From: an uncultured Candidatus Saccharibacteria bacterium
GTDB taxonomy: Bacteria > Patescibacteriota > Doudnabacteria > UBA920
Direction of reading: 5' to 3'
Assembly (NCBI GenBank): GCA_964557735.1
Contig: CAZLAR010000002.1
Coordinates: 1-38,832, forward strand
Length of the DNA stretch: 38,832 nt
Position numbers and translations under genes: made by a program. The notes beneath the pieces are model-generated. The model was not told where the DNA came from, ran no database searches, and saw nothing but the letters and a program-made list of their open reading frames with translations. Within the stretch, counting starts at the first letter, position 1; the number at the start of each line of letters is the position of its first letter. Below are positions 16,670 through 25,482 of this stretch, piece by piece.

Positions 16670-17164
16670 ATGAAATACGAAGAATCAATTAAAAAGTCCT
16701 TAGTTTTGATCATTATGATCTTAGCTTTGGCTATTGGTCTAACTATGATTGTGTCTATGGTGATGCAGACAAACATGTCTAATACTGCAAATCCTCAAGA
16801 TAATGCTAGTCAATCTAAAGTAAAGAAAGCTGATATTCCTGAAGATAGACTGCCAAACAAGTTCCCGACAGATATGCCGATCGAAGCAGGGGCTGTAATT
16901 ACTCAAAACTTTAATGCTTTTGCTGAAGATGGTAGCTACCAGGCTACTCGAGCATTCGAAACTTCGAAGAGTCTTGCAGAGAATATGACAGTTTTTAAAC
17001 AATATATGACCAAAAATGGCTGGGAAATTAAGTCTTCGGTGGATAACCCAACACTTAAGTCCGTTGTTGGGGCTAAAGGAACTCAGCGTTTGTCTGTATC
17101 TGCTAGCGATAACCCTGCCACTAAAGTAAAAACAGTTACTATCACCTTAACCGAATTGCCTTAG
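16670..17164 (+). CDS. N-terminally anchored secreted protein, paralog A of 18924..19409
   Basis: 164 aa with one N-terminal TM helix. Shares with paralog B the pattern FP.D.P.EAG...Q...G..Q.T..F.T..S...GW. Confidence 0.65.
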   Translation: MKYEESIKKSLVLIIMILALAIGLTMIVSMVMQTNMSNTANPQDNASQSKVKKADIPEDRLPNKFPTDMPIEAGAVITQNFNAFAEDGSYQATRAFETSKSLAENMTVFKQYMTKNGWEIKSSVDNPTLKSVVGAKGTQRLSVSASDNPATKVKTVTITLTELP

Positions 17165-17191
17165 CAGAGAAGTTGGATTTCATACTGAGCC

Positions 17192-17220
17192 TTGACAAAA
17201 TTAAAAAAGTATCTTATGAT
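17192..17220 (+). promoter_or_regulatory. Sigma70-like promoter (TTGACA-17-TATGAT) for the metalloprotease gene
   Basis: -35 at 17192-17197 and -10 at 17215-17220. A ~110-nt leader follows, ending in AGGAGG. Confidence 0.6.
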
Positions 17221-17337
17221 AAACTGATTTAGCTAGTCTAAATCCGTTATTTATGTTAAGTTAGTGATAGATGAATGCAGGCAGATATACTGTCATGCAA
17301 TCTAAGTATTCCTTTCAAAGACTGTAGGAGGTTAATA

Positions 17338-18801
17338 ATGAAAAGGTTAATTACTTTAGTTGTTTGTTTTGTCTTAATGTCGCAACTGGCATTTGGACAA
17401 CGAAACGCGAGCGTAAAATCTCGCCTGGATTTAACTCAGACCTACAACGCTGTTGGTCTGATTCGGAAGGTGATTGCTGAGAACGAAGGTTTCTCGGCTA
17501 GCACCGAAACTTTTATGTTTGAAGATCAGACTGGGCGAATGGTTCCTGTTCAGGGAAAATTCGACTTCGACCTGTACTTGAACAAGAAGGTTCAAATTCG
17601 CGGCCGGCTTGGCAGCGATGTGAAGGTTAGTTCGTTGGTTCCTTTGGAAAGAATCGAGGAGCGACGAGTACCGAAACCGCAGAATTTCCCAGCAGGCGTA
17701 ACTGAGTATGATCTTTCTACAAAGGAAGGTCATCAGAAGCTTTCGGCTGCTGCAGAAAACGACGCGATCATTTTGCCTCAGCCAACGGTCGGGGATCGGC
17801 TGACTTATGCAGTTTGTGTAGGTTTCCTTGATCTTCCAGATTGTCCTTTGACTCAGTCAGAATTGGATATTCGAATGTATTCTGGCGGAACATCGGTTCG
17901 AGGTGCATATTTGGAATCGTCTCATGGAAAGTTTAGGTTAAATGGTCAAGCTCATCCTAGGATTTCGATTAATTTGACCAGTGCAAATTGTGTTAATAAT
18001 ATGTTTGGGTCTTGGACACAAGCAGTTATGGCCCAAATTCCTTCTGAGATATTGCAGGAGAGTAACAATTTTGTATTTTTTACTCCTCCTATCCCTGGGT
18101 GTTCTTGGGGGGCGATTTCCACTGGTGGCAACAAAGGACAGAACTCAGTTGACCAAATAGCTTGGATTCAGCTCTCGGCTTTAATGGTAAGCAATTTGAA
18201 CGAGTTTATCAGCACCGCTACTCATGAGGTTGGTCATCAACTTGGACTGCAGCACGCCGACGGGGTTAGTCTTTCTGGTGTTGTATGCGGAGGATGTGAT
18301 CGAGCAGATTTTATGGCAGCGAGGTTACGCTACCCTAACTCCTATCATCGGTTGGCGTTAGGCTGGTTAGTAGGGAAAGTTGTCATTGTAAATGGACCTG
18401 GCGACAATTCATTCACTTTAAGATCTCCTGGGGTTGTATCTGGAAAATCGGCAATCAGAACGGTGCTTATGCCTCGATATGATTCCAATGGTATCCCAAC
18501 TGGAGACATGAAAATCATTGAGAATCGTGCGGACCTTAATTTTTACGAATTTTTTGGGGCTCAATTTATGGCTTACAAACTTGGGATCTCTATTCGCAAG
18601 TCGCCTACTGATTTGAGCCTTACTTCTGGGAAGTCATATTTATATCACATGAACGTGGCTAACCCAGTGGACTACGACACCGCTCCACTTACTGTCGGCA
18701 ATCAATTTGTAGATAATAGTGATGGCGTTACTATCGAAGCCCAATCTTTCTCCATCGCCGGAGGGGCACGGGTAAGGGTTATCACAAACCGCGGACCGTA
18801 G
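17338..18801 (+). CDS. Secreted zinc metalloprotease, metzincin-type
   Basis: HEVGHQLGLQH matches HExxHxxGxxH. Signal peptide is MKRLITLVVCFVLMSQLAFGQ. ATG 17338 has a strong SD (GTAGGAGGTTAATAATG), so the track start at 17275 is probably too long. Confidence 0.8.
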   Translation: MKRLITLVVCFVLMSQLAFGQRNASVKSRLDLTQTYNAVGLIRKVIAENEGFSASTETFMFEDQTGRMVPVQGKFDFDLYLNKKVQIRGRLGSDVKVSSLVPLERIEERRVPKPQNFPAGVTEYDLSTKEGHQKLSAAAENDAIILPQPTVGDRLTYAVCVGFLDLPDCPLTQSELDIRMYSGGTSVRGAYLESSHGKFRLNGQAHPRISINLTSANCVNNMFGSWTQAVMAQIPSEILQESNNFVFFTPPIPGCSWGAISTGGNKGQNSVDQIAWIQLSALMVSNLNEFISTATHEVGHQLGLQHADGVSLSGVVCGGCDRADFMAARLRYPNSYHRLALGWLVGKVVIVNGPGDNSFTLRSPGVVSGKSAIRTVLMPRYDSNGIPTGDMKIIENRADLNFYEFFGAQFMAYKLGISIRKSPTDLSLTSGKSYLYHMNVANPVDYDTAPLTVGNQFVDNSDGVTIEAQSFSIAGGARVRVITNRGP

Positions 18802-18832
18802 GAAATTTACAACTTCCTACAGTCAAACATTA

Positions 18833-18859
18833 CAGCAATCCACAAGGTTGCTGTTTTTT
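18833..18859 (+). terminator. Intrinsic terminator after the metalloprotease gene
   Basis: CAGCAA pairs with TTGCTG across a 9-nt loop, followed by T6. Confidence 0.65.
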
Positions 18860-18860
18860 C

Positions 18861-18889
18861 TTGCATAATTTTCTTATCTATGCTATAAT
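18861..18889 (+). promoter_or_regulatory. Sigma70-like promoter (TTGCAT-17-TATAAT)
   Basis: -35 at 18861-18866 and -10 at 18884-18889, upstream of 18924. Confidence 0.6.
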
Positions 18890-18923
18890 TCTAGTAATAA
18901 AAAGCATTGTAAAGAAATAAAAA

Positions 18924-19409
18924 ATGGAAAATTTAATAAAGAACAAAGTTGGTTTACTTTTGGTTTTGGCGGTTTTGCTATTGTTGGTAGCAGGCCTTTT
19001 TTTATACCTTCAACCTGAAGGCGTAAATACATTAACTGGCAAAAGGGATGTTGCCGAAAAAGACTTTAAATTAGAGACAAAAGACACTCCTAGCTCAGCT
19101 ATTTTAGTGGGCTTTCCTAAAGACTTACCAATGGAGGCTGGTAGTAAGGTTCTCCAAAGCTACGAGTCCGACAGTGGTAATGGCCGATTACAGTCTACTA
19201 AGAAATTCACTACAACTCTTAGTGTCTCAGCGGCCCTAGAAAAATATACTTCCTTCTTTAAGGACACTGGTTGGTTGCAAACAGATTCAGATGTGAAGAC
19301 TTCACCAATTACGTTGATCCAAAAAAATGATACCGTCATGATTGTAGCTACTGATGATCCAGACAATGGAACAATTGTAGAAATTACCATTCTTCAAAAT
19401 CAAAACTAA
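18924..19409 (+). CDS. N-terminally anchored secreted protein, paralog B of 16670..17164
   Basis: 161 aa with the same architecture and motif pattern as paralog A. Its TAA stop overlaps the next ATG (TAATG at 19407-19411). Confidence 0.65.
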   Translation: MENLIKNKVGLLLVLAVLLLLVAGLFLYLQPEGVNTLTGKRDVAEKDFKLETKDTPSSAILVGFPKDLPMEAGSKVLQSYESDSGNGRLQSTKKFTTTLSVSAALEKYTSFFKDTGWLQTDSDVKTSPITLIQKNDTVMIVATDDPDNGTIVEITILQNQN

Positions 19410-21928
19410 TGTCTATATTAAACATGAAAAATATTTATAGAATTGTACTAGCTACTTTATTAGTTAGTCTTTTTCCTTTGTCTCCCAAATTAGTTAAAGC
19501 CGAAGCTCTTTGCTCTGGGATTAATCTTACTATTACAGTAACTAATGTCGGAACAGGCGAGGTGTTAGGTACTTATACTGACCGTGGTAGTAATGATCCA
19601 GATGGCGATAGTATGTTTACTCTTGACAATGTTCCATATAGCGCGGTATTAAGTTTCGCTTATTCTAGTAATGGAACCCCCTCATATACCCAAGATACAT
19701 ATTATTCATCAGGGGCTTACGAATATTCTTCGGGGCCAAGGGAAATGGAAGATGTAGTATATACAGCTCCACCAATTATTGAGCCAGCCATGTTTATTGG
19801 TGGTAGGACCGAAAATATTTGTACCGCAGTCCCTGGCTATCCAGGAGACGAACGTGCTGTTGTAGTTATTAATATTTACAACTCTAGTGCTGACTATGGT
19901 TTTACTTGCGGAGTAAACCAAATTGTTACTCAAGGCCAAAATGCTAATTATGTTTTACAAGCTACTCCAGATACTGGATACACCCCAACGGTTGGCGTAA
20001 CCATGGCTAGTGATCCTGCTGGGCCAACAATGAATGGTTCCCCAGTACAATTGAACTCTGGAAATAGCTACACTAACACAGCAGTGGTACCAACTGGTAG
20101 TTTGACTCCTGGTGTGTATACGTTGACTTTTTCTTTTACCGACGGAACAACTCCTCATGATTGCCAAGCTAATTTGCAGGTTACAGGTATGGAATTGCCA
20201 ATTGTAGACTTAGATTTTAATAATTCAGATGGACCAGTAGATATTACTGATCAATCTAGTGGACTGCTTAGCTGGACTTCAGAAAACACAGATACCTGTA
20301 CAGCATCTTCAAATCCAGTTGTTCCAGGCTGGGGAGATAATAACCCCGTTACTCCACTTAACAACGCGTATCCAAGTGGTGTAACGGTCGGTCCACTTTC
20401 CGGCCCACAGACATATACTTTCACATTACAATGTTCAAATGCTGGTGGTTCAGACAGTGACTCAGTTGTAGTTAACGTCGGTAATCCACTTCCATTAGAT
20501 CCTACAGTCACCCTAGAATGCATGGGAACTATCGACACTATTCCACAAGGTGGTCCTTGCAACTTAGACTACAACACAGCTGGTACACTTACATGGAATT
20601 CAGAAAATGCCACAAGTTGTGATATGAATCCTAGTTTAGGTATTAGAACAGAACTTGATGAACTTACAGGCGTTTCCACTGGAAACCTAACAAGCAACCA
20701 ATCGTATACTATTACTTGTACTGGTGCTGTTGGCACTACTCCAGCCGTAGACACAGTTAGCTTTACTATAGACTCTAACCCTAACTTTACAATGGCTTGT
20801 AGTCCTGCCACAGTCCCTCTAAATCAAGGTGACTCAGCTTCTTACCTAGTAGAGTTAGACCCAGTTGATGGATTTTCCTCGGAAGTAACTTTGACCGGTG
20901 AAGTTTTGGATAGTTCTAAAAGTGCGCCAACTTTGTCATTCCCAACCAACACTGGAACCCCAGAAGTTGATTTTTCACCAGTAGTTAGTGCTGCTTCAGA
21001 TACTCCTGCCGGGATCTATAACATCAGATTTACAGCTGATGGTGGCGGCATTACTAAAACTTGTGATGTTGAAGTAGAAGTGGATGTGATTCCTGGTCCT
21101 GGGGAACCTCTAAAGGTTCGAGCTAGTAACATGAATTGTGGAACTATCGATATTACTTGGGGAAACCCGACCGATGGTACTCCTGAGCAGTTCTTGGTGT
21201 ACAGACGTGCTTCTGAAAGTGATGGCTGGGAATTGTTAAACAAAGTAGACTTTGACAAAGACCCTTCAGGTTATTTGGTTACTGACAGTAGCCCTCTTAA
21301 TCCGCTATCCTCAAATTACTATGCTGTTACAGCTTCGTATGGTGGCGCTGAATCTGGTTATGCGATAGCATACCCTTCACCGATTGTGCCTTTGTCTTGT
21401 ACTCCTAACTTAACTAAATCGGATAAAGACTTAGTGAAAGTCTCCGGGCAAACTAAGAAAGCATTTAATCCAGTAGCATGTTCTAGTCAATCAGACATCG
21501 CTAACTTGCCGAATAATGCTCTGTTCGCACCAAATGATAGAGTTACTTTCCGAATTAACGTTTGTAACTCAGGACCTGGAACGCTTACCGGAATTACGAT
21601 TACAGACGATTTGTCTAAGAATCTTTCCGATCCTGGTGATTATGATTCAAATTGTTTAAATGGAGCGCCAGTATATGATTCTGTTGCTCAAACTATAACA
21701 TTTGATTTACAGGAGATTGCTGCTGGTGACGTTAGCACACAATCCTGTAGTATCGAATTTACAGCCACTGTCACTGCCCCAGCGGTAACAACTGCAGCGC
21801 TATATCGATTCCAAAATATTGCTAGCATTGTTACAAATGAATTGCCTAAGTACAGAGTCTTTACGCCACCATACTTGTTTAGTGTAGCTGGAGGTGTTCC
21901 AGACCGTACTGAAACCGCTCCTCAATAA
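19409..21928 (+). CDS. Large secreted multi-domain surface protein (Ig-like repeats, FN3-like segment, DUF11-like C-terminal segment)
   Basis: 839 aa with a signal peptide. Contains two pairs of Cys-bracketed repeat modules. One segment is FN3-like (LKVRASNMNCGTIDITWGNPTDG...FLVYRR). A C-terminal segment (RVTFRINVCNSGPGTLTGITITDDL) resembles the conserved-repeat/DUF11 fold. Confidence 0.7.
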   Translation: MSILNMKNIYRIVLATLLVSLFPLSPKLVKAEALCSGINLTITVTNVGTGEVLGTYTDRGSNDPDGDSMFTLDNVPYSAVLSFAYSSNGTPSYTQDTYYSSGAYEYSSGPREMEDVVYTAPPIIEPAMFIGGRTENICTAVPGYPGDERAVVVINIYNSSADYGFTCGVNQIVTQGQNANYVLQATPDTGYTPTVGVTMASDPAGPTMNGSPVQLNSGNSYTNTAVVPTGSLTPGVYTLTFSFTDGTTPHDCQANLQVTGMELPIVDLDFNNSDGPVDITDQSSGLLSWTSENTDTCTASSNPVVPGWGDNNPVTPLNNAYPSGVTVGPLSGPQTYTFTLQCSNAGGSDSDSVVVNVGNPLPLDPTVTLECMGTIDTIPQGGPCNLDYNTAGTLTWNSENATSCDMNPSLGIRTELDELTGVSTGNLTSNQSYTITCTGAVGTTPAVDTVSFTIDSNPNFTMACSPATVPLNQGDSASYLVELDPVDGFSSEVTLTGEVLDSSKSAPTLSFPTNTGTPEVDFSPVVSAASDTPAGIYNIRFTADGGGITKTCDVEVEVDVIPGPGEPLKVRASNMNCGTIDITWGNPTDGTPEQFLVYRRASESDGWELLNKVDFDKDPSGYLVTDSSPLNPLSSNYYAVTASYGGAESGYAIAYPSPIVPLSCTPNLTKSDKDLVKVSGQTKKAFNPVACSSQSDIANLPNNALFAPNDRVTFRINVCNSGPGTLTGITITDDLSKNLSDPGDYDSNCLNGAPVYDSVAQTITFDLQEIAAGDVSTQSCSIEFTATVTAPAVTTAALYRFQNIASIVTNELPKYRVFTPPYLFSVAGGVPDRTETAPQ

Positions 21929-21933
21929 GTTTA

Positions 21934-22052
21934 AAAATTAAAAAAGTATTCTCTAAGAAGATAATCAGTGCCCAGTTTTCCAAAAAAGTCTAATACTTTT
22001 TTGAGAAAACGTAGCAGCTGCCCTTGTCTTCGTGAGAATACTTTTTAATTTT
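21934..22052. repeat. Long-range inverted repeat enclosing an internal perfect hairpin
   Basis: AAAATTAAAAAAGTATTCTC (21934-21953) matches GAGAATACTTTTTAATTTT (22034-22052) with a 1-nt indel. The inner hairpin is CAAAAAAGT/ACTTTTTTG at 21981-22003. Confidence 0.6.
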
Positions 22053-22079
22053 GACAAAAAGGTTGTGGAGTGGTATTAT
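22051..22079 (+). promoter_or_regulatory. Sigma70-like promoter (TTGACA-17-TATTAT) for khpA
   Basis: -35 at 22051-22056 and -10 at 22074-22079. Confidence 0.6.
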
Positions 22080-22152
22080 GCGAGTGCAATAGAGGCTCAA
22101 TTAGAAAAGGTCGAAGCCAAACTCCTATAGCAGAATTTCTAACAGAACGAAC

Positions 22153-22533
22153 ATGGAGACAGATCAAGAATTTGTTGAATATATTATCAAGGCGTTAGTT
22201 GATAACCCTGCAGACGTTCGCACCGACCGTACAGTTGATGAAATGGGTGTCCTAATTACTCTACACATCAATCCTGCAGATATGGGCCAAGTCATTGGTC
22301 GCATGGGTCAAACAGCCAAAGCCGTTCGCACTTTACTTCGCGTAGTTGGTGCTAAGCATAAGGCTCGCGTTAACTTGAAGATTGATGAACCAGAAGGTTC
22401 TCACCGTGGCCCCCGTCGTGAATACGGCGACCGACCTCGTAACGATGCTCCTGCATCTGATATGCAAAATGATGACACAGCAAACACTGCTGCCGAAGCT
22501 GCTGCACCAGACGTAGACGACTTCAAGCTTTAA
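22153..22533 (+). CDS. khpA: KH-domain RNA-binding protein (KhpA/YlqC family) with a charged C-terminal extension
   Basis: Contains the GxxG motif (GQVIGRMGQTAKAVRTLL). It occupies the conserved position between rpsP and trmD. Confidence 0.8.
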   Translation: METDQEFVEYIIKALVDNPADVRTDRTVDEMGVLITLHINPADMGQVIGRMGQTAKAVRTLLRVVGAKHKARVNLKIDEPEGSHRGPRREYGDRPRNDAPASDMQNDDTANTAAEAAAPDVDDFKL

Positions 22534-22553
22534 TCTTAAAGATAAAAACAAAA

Positions 22554-22577
22554 GATCGCTGTTAAGGCGATTTTTTG
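22554..22577 (+). terminator. Intrinsic terminator after khpA
   Basis: GATCGC pairs with GCGATT (one G:U pair) across a 7-nt loop; the T-tract runs 22571-22576. Confidence 0.6.
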
Positions 22578-22584
22578 TTATCAT
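22576..22584 (+). promoter_or_regulatory. Extended -10 promoter (TGtTATCAT) giving a leaderless trmD mRNA
   Basis: The -10 ends at 22584. The seventh nucleotide downstream is the A of ATG 22591, and there is no SD. Confidence 0.5.
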
Positions 22585-22590
22585 TTACAT

Positions 22591-23322
22591 ATGCCTAAGA
22601 AAATACTAAAGAAGAAACCAAAGAAAATTTCAGTTTCTATAATTTCATTGTTCCCCGAGTTCATCGACCAGTATGCTGGCTTTGGGATTATTGCTAGGGC
22701 TATTAAGAATAAACTTTTAAATATTAGCGCTGTTAATTTGCGTTCTTTTGCTTTTGATAAACGCGGTACTGTAGATGATCGGCCATATGGCGGTGGCCTA
22801 GGAATGGTGCTCCGCCCTGATGTTGTAATTAAAGGGATTCAGAAAGTGAGTGGTCGTGTAAAAAACACTCGCGTTATTTTGATGACCCCGCAAGGCAAAC
22901 CTTTTTCACAGGCTTTGGCGCGGAAGTTGGCTAAATACGATCACTTGGTTTTTGTGTCCGGTCGTTATGAAGGATTTGATGAACGCGTCCGTAAATTCGT
23001 TGATGAAGAAATTTCTATCGGCGACTACGTGTTAATGGGTGGTGAACTCCCGGCTTTAGTTATTACTGAAGCGGTGCTGCGCTTAGTACCAGGCGTGCTT
23101 GGTAAGGATGATTCTGCAGACAAAGAAAGTTTTACAGAACCAATGCTCGAGTTTCCGCAATACACTAAACCAGAAGTATTAGGAGTTAAAGTTCATGGTA
23201 AGCTGAAGAAAATGAGTGTACCCAAAGTTTTATTAAGTGGTCATCATGTTAATATAGAGAAGTGGCGCAAGGAAGAAAGTTTAAAACGTACAAAGAAGCG
23301 TCGCCCAGATTTGTTAAAATAA
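22591..23322 (+). CDS. trmD: tRNA (guanine37-N1)-methyltransferase
   Basis: 243 aa with RPYGGGLGMVLRPD and the overall TrmD pattern. Confidence 0.93.
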   Translation: MPKKILKKKPKKISVSIISLFPEFIDQYAGFGIIARAIKNKLLNISAVNLRSFAFDKRGTVDDRPYGGGLGMVLRPDVVIKGIQKVSGRVKNTRVILMTPQGKPFSQALARKLAKYDHLVFVSGRYEGFDERVRKFVDEEISIGDYVLMGGELPALVITEAVLRLVPGVLGKDDSADKESFTEPMLEFPQYTKPEVLGVKVHGKLKKMSVPKVLLSGHHVNIEKWRKEESLKRTKKRRPDLLK

Positions 23323-23480
23323 ATGCGGGATCCTAAAAGAATCCTGCGTCTTGCTCGACAAACACGCTCTTGAAACGTGACCGATCGCTGAGCTCTTGCT
23401 CACTAGATCAACTCTATGATCTTTTCGCTACTGTTAGACAAAGGGCTCGAGTAAGTTAAATATAATTTTTTTTCTATTAA

Positions 23481-24446
23481 ATGTCAAACATTAAAAAATT
23501 TAAAGTTAAAGATTTAAAAACTCGCTTAGATAAATTCCTAGCTGAGCAGATTTCGACGTTGTCGGAAAAAGTTGTGTCGCGGGGGAAGATTCAACGCGAC
23601 ATTGAACTAGGTGCTGTGTCTGTAAATGGTAAAGTAGCGGACGTGCCAAAGTTTGTGGTGCGAGTAAACGACATTGTAGAATATAAACCAGTGCCAGACG
23701 AAGTGCATGGCCCGGTAAATATTCCGCTTACAACTTTGTATAACAACCACGGTCTGCTAATTATAGATAAGCCAGCAGGCTTAGTTGTGCATCCAGGCGC
23801 CGGGTTCAAAGGTGACTCTTTAGCGCAAGCGTTGTTATATCATTTTAAGGATATTCATCTGGTGGGCGAAGAAGGTCGAAGCGGCATTGTTCACCGTATA
23901 GACAAAGACACTAGCGGCGTTATGATGGTTGCTCTGATTCCAGATATGTACGAACACTTAAAAGATGCCTTTTCAGACCGCAAAGTCAAAAAGGAATATA
24001 CCGCCTTAGTTAAGGGTAAAATTGAGCAGAATCATGGTAAAATCGAGGATTCTTTAGGCAAAAGCAAGAAAGATTTCCGCAAATACACCACCGACACCGC
24101 AGACATGGTCCGCGAAAAGCCTTCGTTGACTGAGTATTGGGTGCTTGACTATTATATCGTCGAAACTAGTGCCGGGGTTGACTTTTACACCCTAATTAAG
24201 GTAAAATTGCATACAGGTAGGACGCATCAGATTCGCGTCCATTTTTCTTCCATCGGATTTCCACTTGTAGGCGATTTGCTCTATGGTGGTAAGAAAGTAA
24301 TGAAGCTCGGCGCTAAACAAGTTGAACGTCAATTCCTTCATGCTTCTAAGATTGAAGTACAATTACCAAACAAGGAATGGGTAGAAGCCGAAAGTAAATT
24401 ACCCAAAGATTTACAAGATATATTAAAAAGTTTAAAGAAATTATAA
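23481..24446 (+). CDS. rluD: RluA/RluD-family pseudouridine synthase with an S4-like N-domain
   Basis: Catalytic motif [14 protein letters not shown] and the C-terminal HQIRVH motif. Confidence 0.85.
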   Translation: MSNIKKFKVKDLKTRLDKFLAEQISTLSEKVVSRGKIQRDIELGAVSVNGKVADVPKFVVRVNDIVEYKPVPDEVHGPVNIPLTTLYNNHGLLIIDKPAGLVVHPGAGFKGDSLAQALLYHFKDIHLVGEEGRSGIVHRIDKDTSGVMMVALIPDMYEHLKDAFSDRKVKKEYTALVKGKIEQNHGKIEDSLGKSKKDFRKYTTDTADMVREKPSLTEYWVLDYYIVETSAGVDFYTLIKVKLHTGRTHQIRVHFSSIGFPLVGDLLYGGKKVMKLGAKQVERQFLHASKIEVQLPNKEWVEAESKLPKDLQDILKSLKKL

Positions 24447-24450
24447 TCTC

Positions 24451-24855
24451 ATGCCGACAATCAAACATTTAAAAGCAGAACAGTTAAAAGAATGGCCAGC
24501 TTTTGAAGTAGGCAACACTGTTAAGGTGCACAACCGAATTAAAGAAGGCGGTAAGGAACGTATTCAGATTTTTGAAGGCGTGGTGATTGCTCGCAAAGGT
24601 GGTAAAGGTACGAATGCAACTTTCATGGTTCGTAAAATTGCTAGCGGTGTAGGTGTTGAGCGTATTTATCCTTTACACTCTCCGAACATTGCGAAGATTG
24701 AAGTTTCTAAAGATGATAAAGTTCGCCAAGCGAAAATTTATTACATCCGCGAAAAGCGCGACAACACTCCTCGTACTCGCCGCAAACTAGTAGTTACCAA
24801 AAAGATGAAAGAAGCTGCTGCAAAGAAGGATTCTGCGAAAGCAAAAGCTGCGTAG
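24451..24855 (+). CDS. rplS: 50S ribosomal protein L19
   Basis: 134 aa. [28 protein letters not shown] is typical of L19. Has a Lys/Ala-rich tail. Confidence 0.93.
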   Translation: MPTIKHLKAEQLKEWPAFEVGNTVKVHNRIKEGGKERIQIFEGVVIARKGGKGTNATFMVRKIASGVGVERIYPLHSPNIAKIEVSKDDKVRQAKIYYIREKRDNTPRTRRKLVVTKKMKEAAAKKDSAKAKAA

Positions 24856-24887
24856 TGCCCTCTAGAGTAAATAACTTGAAGTTGAAT

Positions 24888-24912
24888 AAAACCGCCACAT
24901 GGCGGTTTTATA
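24888..24912 (+). terminator. Intrinsic terminator after rplS
   Basis: AAAACCGCC, loop ACAT, GGCGGTTTT, followed by AT. Confidence 0.8.
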
Positions 24913-25005
24913 TTAAGGGGATAAGTTCCTATCGAGCAAGAGATAGATATATGGTAATCTTTAAGAGTCAGAAGTTTTAAAGTTCGTTAGTTATGGAGGA
25001 AATCT

Positions 25006-25437
25006 ATGGAACTTCCCACGATTGGCAGCATAAAAGAACTAAATCCTCAGGTTTTAGAGGATCATCGGATTGTTGCAATCTTTGGTATTTGCAACAACAC
25101 CCTTTGCGTTCAAGATCATGCCTTGGATCGGTATGTATCACGAGTTCATTCGGATCAGGCCAAGAAACCTATTCTTGAACAGCTTTATTATCTTTTATCT
25201 GCTTCATTGGTAGTTAAAAGGAAAAACGAAGCCAAGCAAACGGCCAAGCATGGTTCATGCAAAGCTATATATCGATTCGAGGAAGGATGGATATTTGTTT
25301 TAACTTGGATCGAGCAATTTGGGTTTTGGCTTTTAAAAACTGTTTACCATAAAGAAGAAGGGCAATTACGCGTGTATGACATAAAAAACACGCGAGCGGC
25401 AATTAGAGCTTCCGCATGGTCGCCTATATCTGCTTAA
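25006..25437 (+). CDS. Hypothetical protein
   Basis: 143 aa. GGAGG lies 6 nt upstream of ATG 25006. No motif recognised. Confidence 0.55.
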   Translation: MELPTIGSIKELNPQVLEDHRIVAIFGICNNTLCVQDHALDRYVSRVHSDQAKKPILEQLYYLLSASLVVKRKNEAKQTAKHGSCKAIYRFEEGWIFVLTWIEQFGFWLLKTVYHKEEGQLRVYDIKNTRAAIRASAWSPISA

Positions 25438-25446
25438 TTATATATT

Positions 25447-25476
25447 AAAAGCCGCTCAGCGATGAGCGGCTCTTTT
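25447..25476. terminator. Bidirectional terminator between convergent genes
   Basis: AGCCGCTCA, loop GCGA, TGAGCGGCT, flanked by AAAA and TTTT. Confidence 0.8.
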
Positions 25477-25482
25477 ATATAT

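Noticed and set aside
16422-16688. 88-codon minus-strand ORF, and possible tandem-repeat or CRISPR-like periodicity in 16380-16570
   Set aside because: The periodicity comes from the GAA/GCC/CCA codon repeats of the acidic S16 tail. There are no spacer-repeat units and no cas genes. The antisense ORF is a shadow.
24993-25178. 61-codon ORF overlapping the 5' part of 25006-25437 in another frame
   Set aside because: The GGAGG box is correctly spaced for ATG 25006, not for 24993. The longer frame is the more plausible gene.
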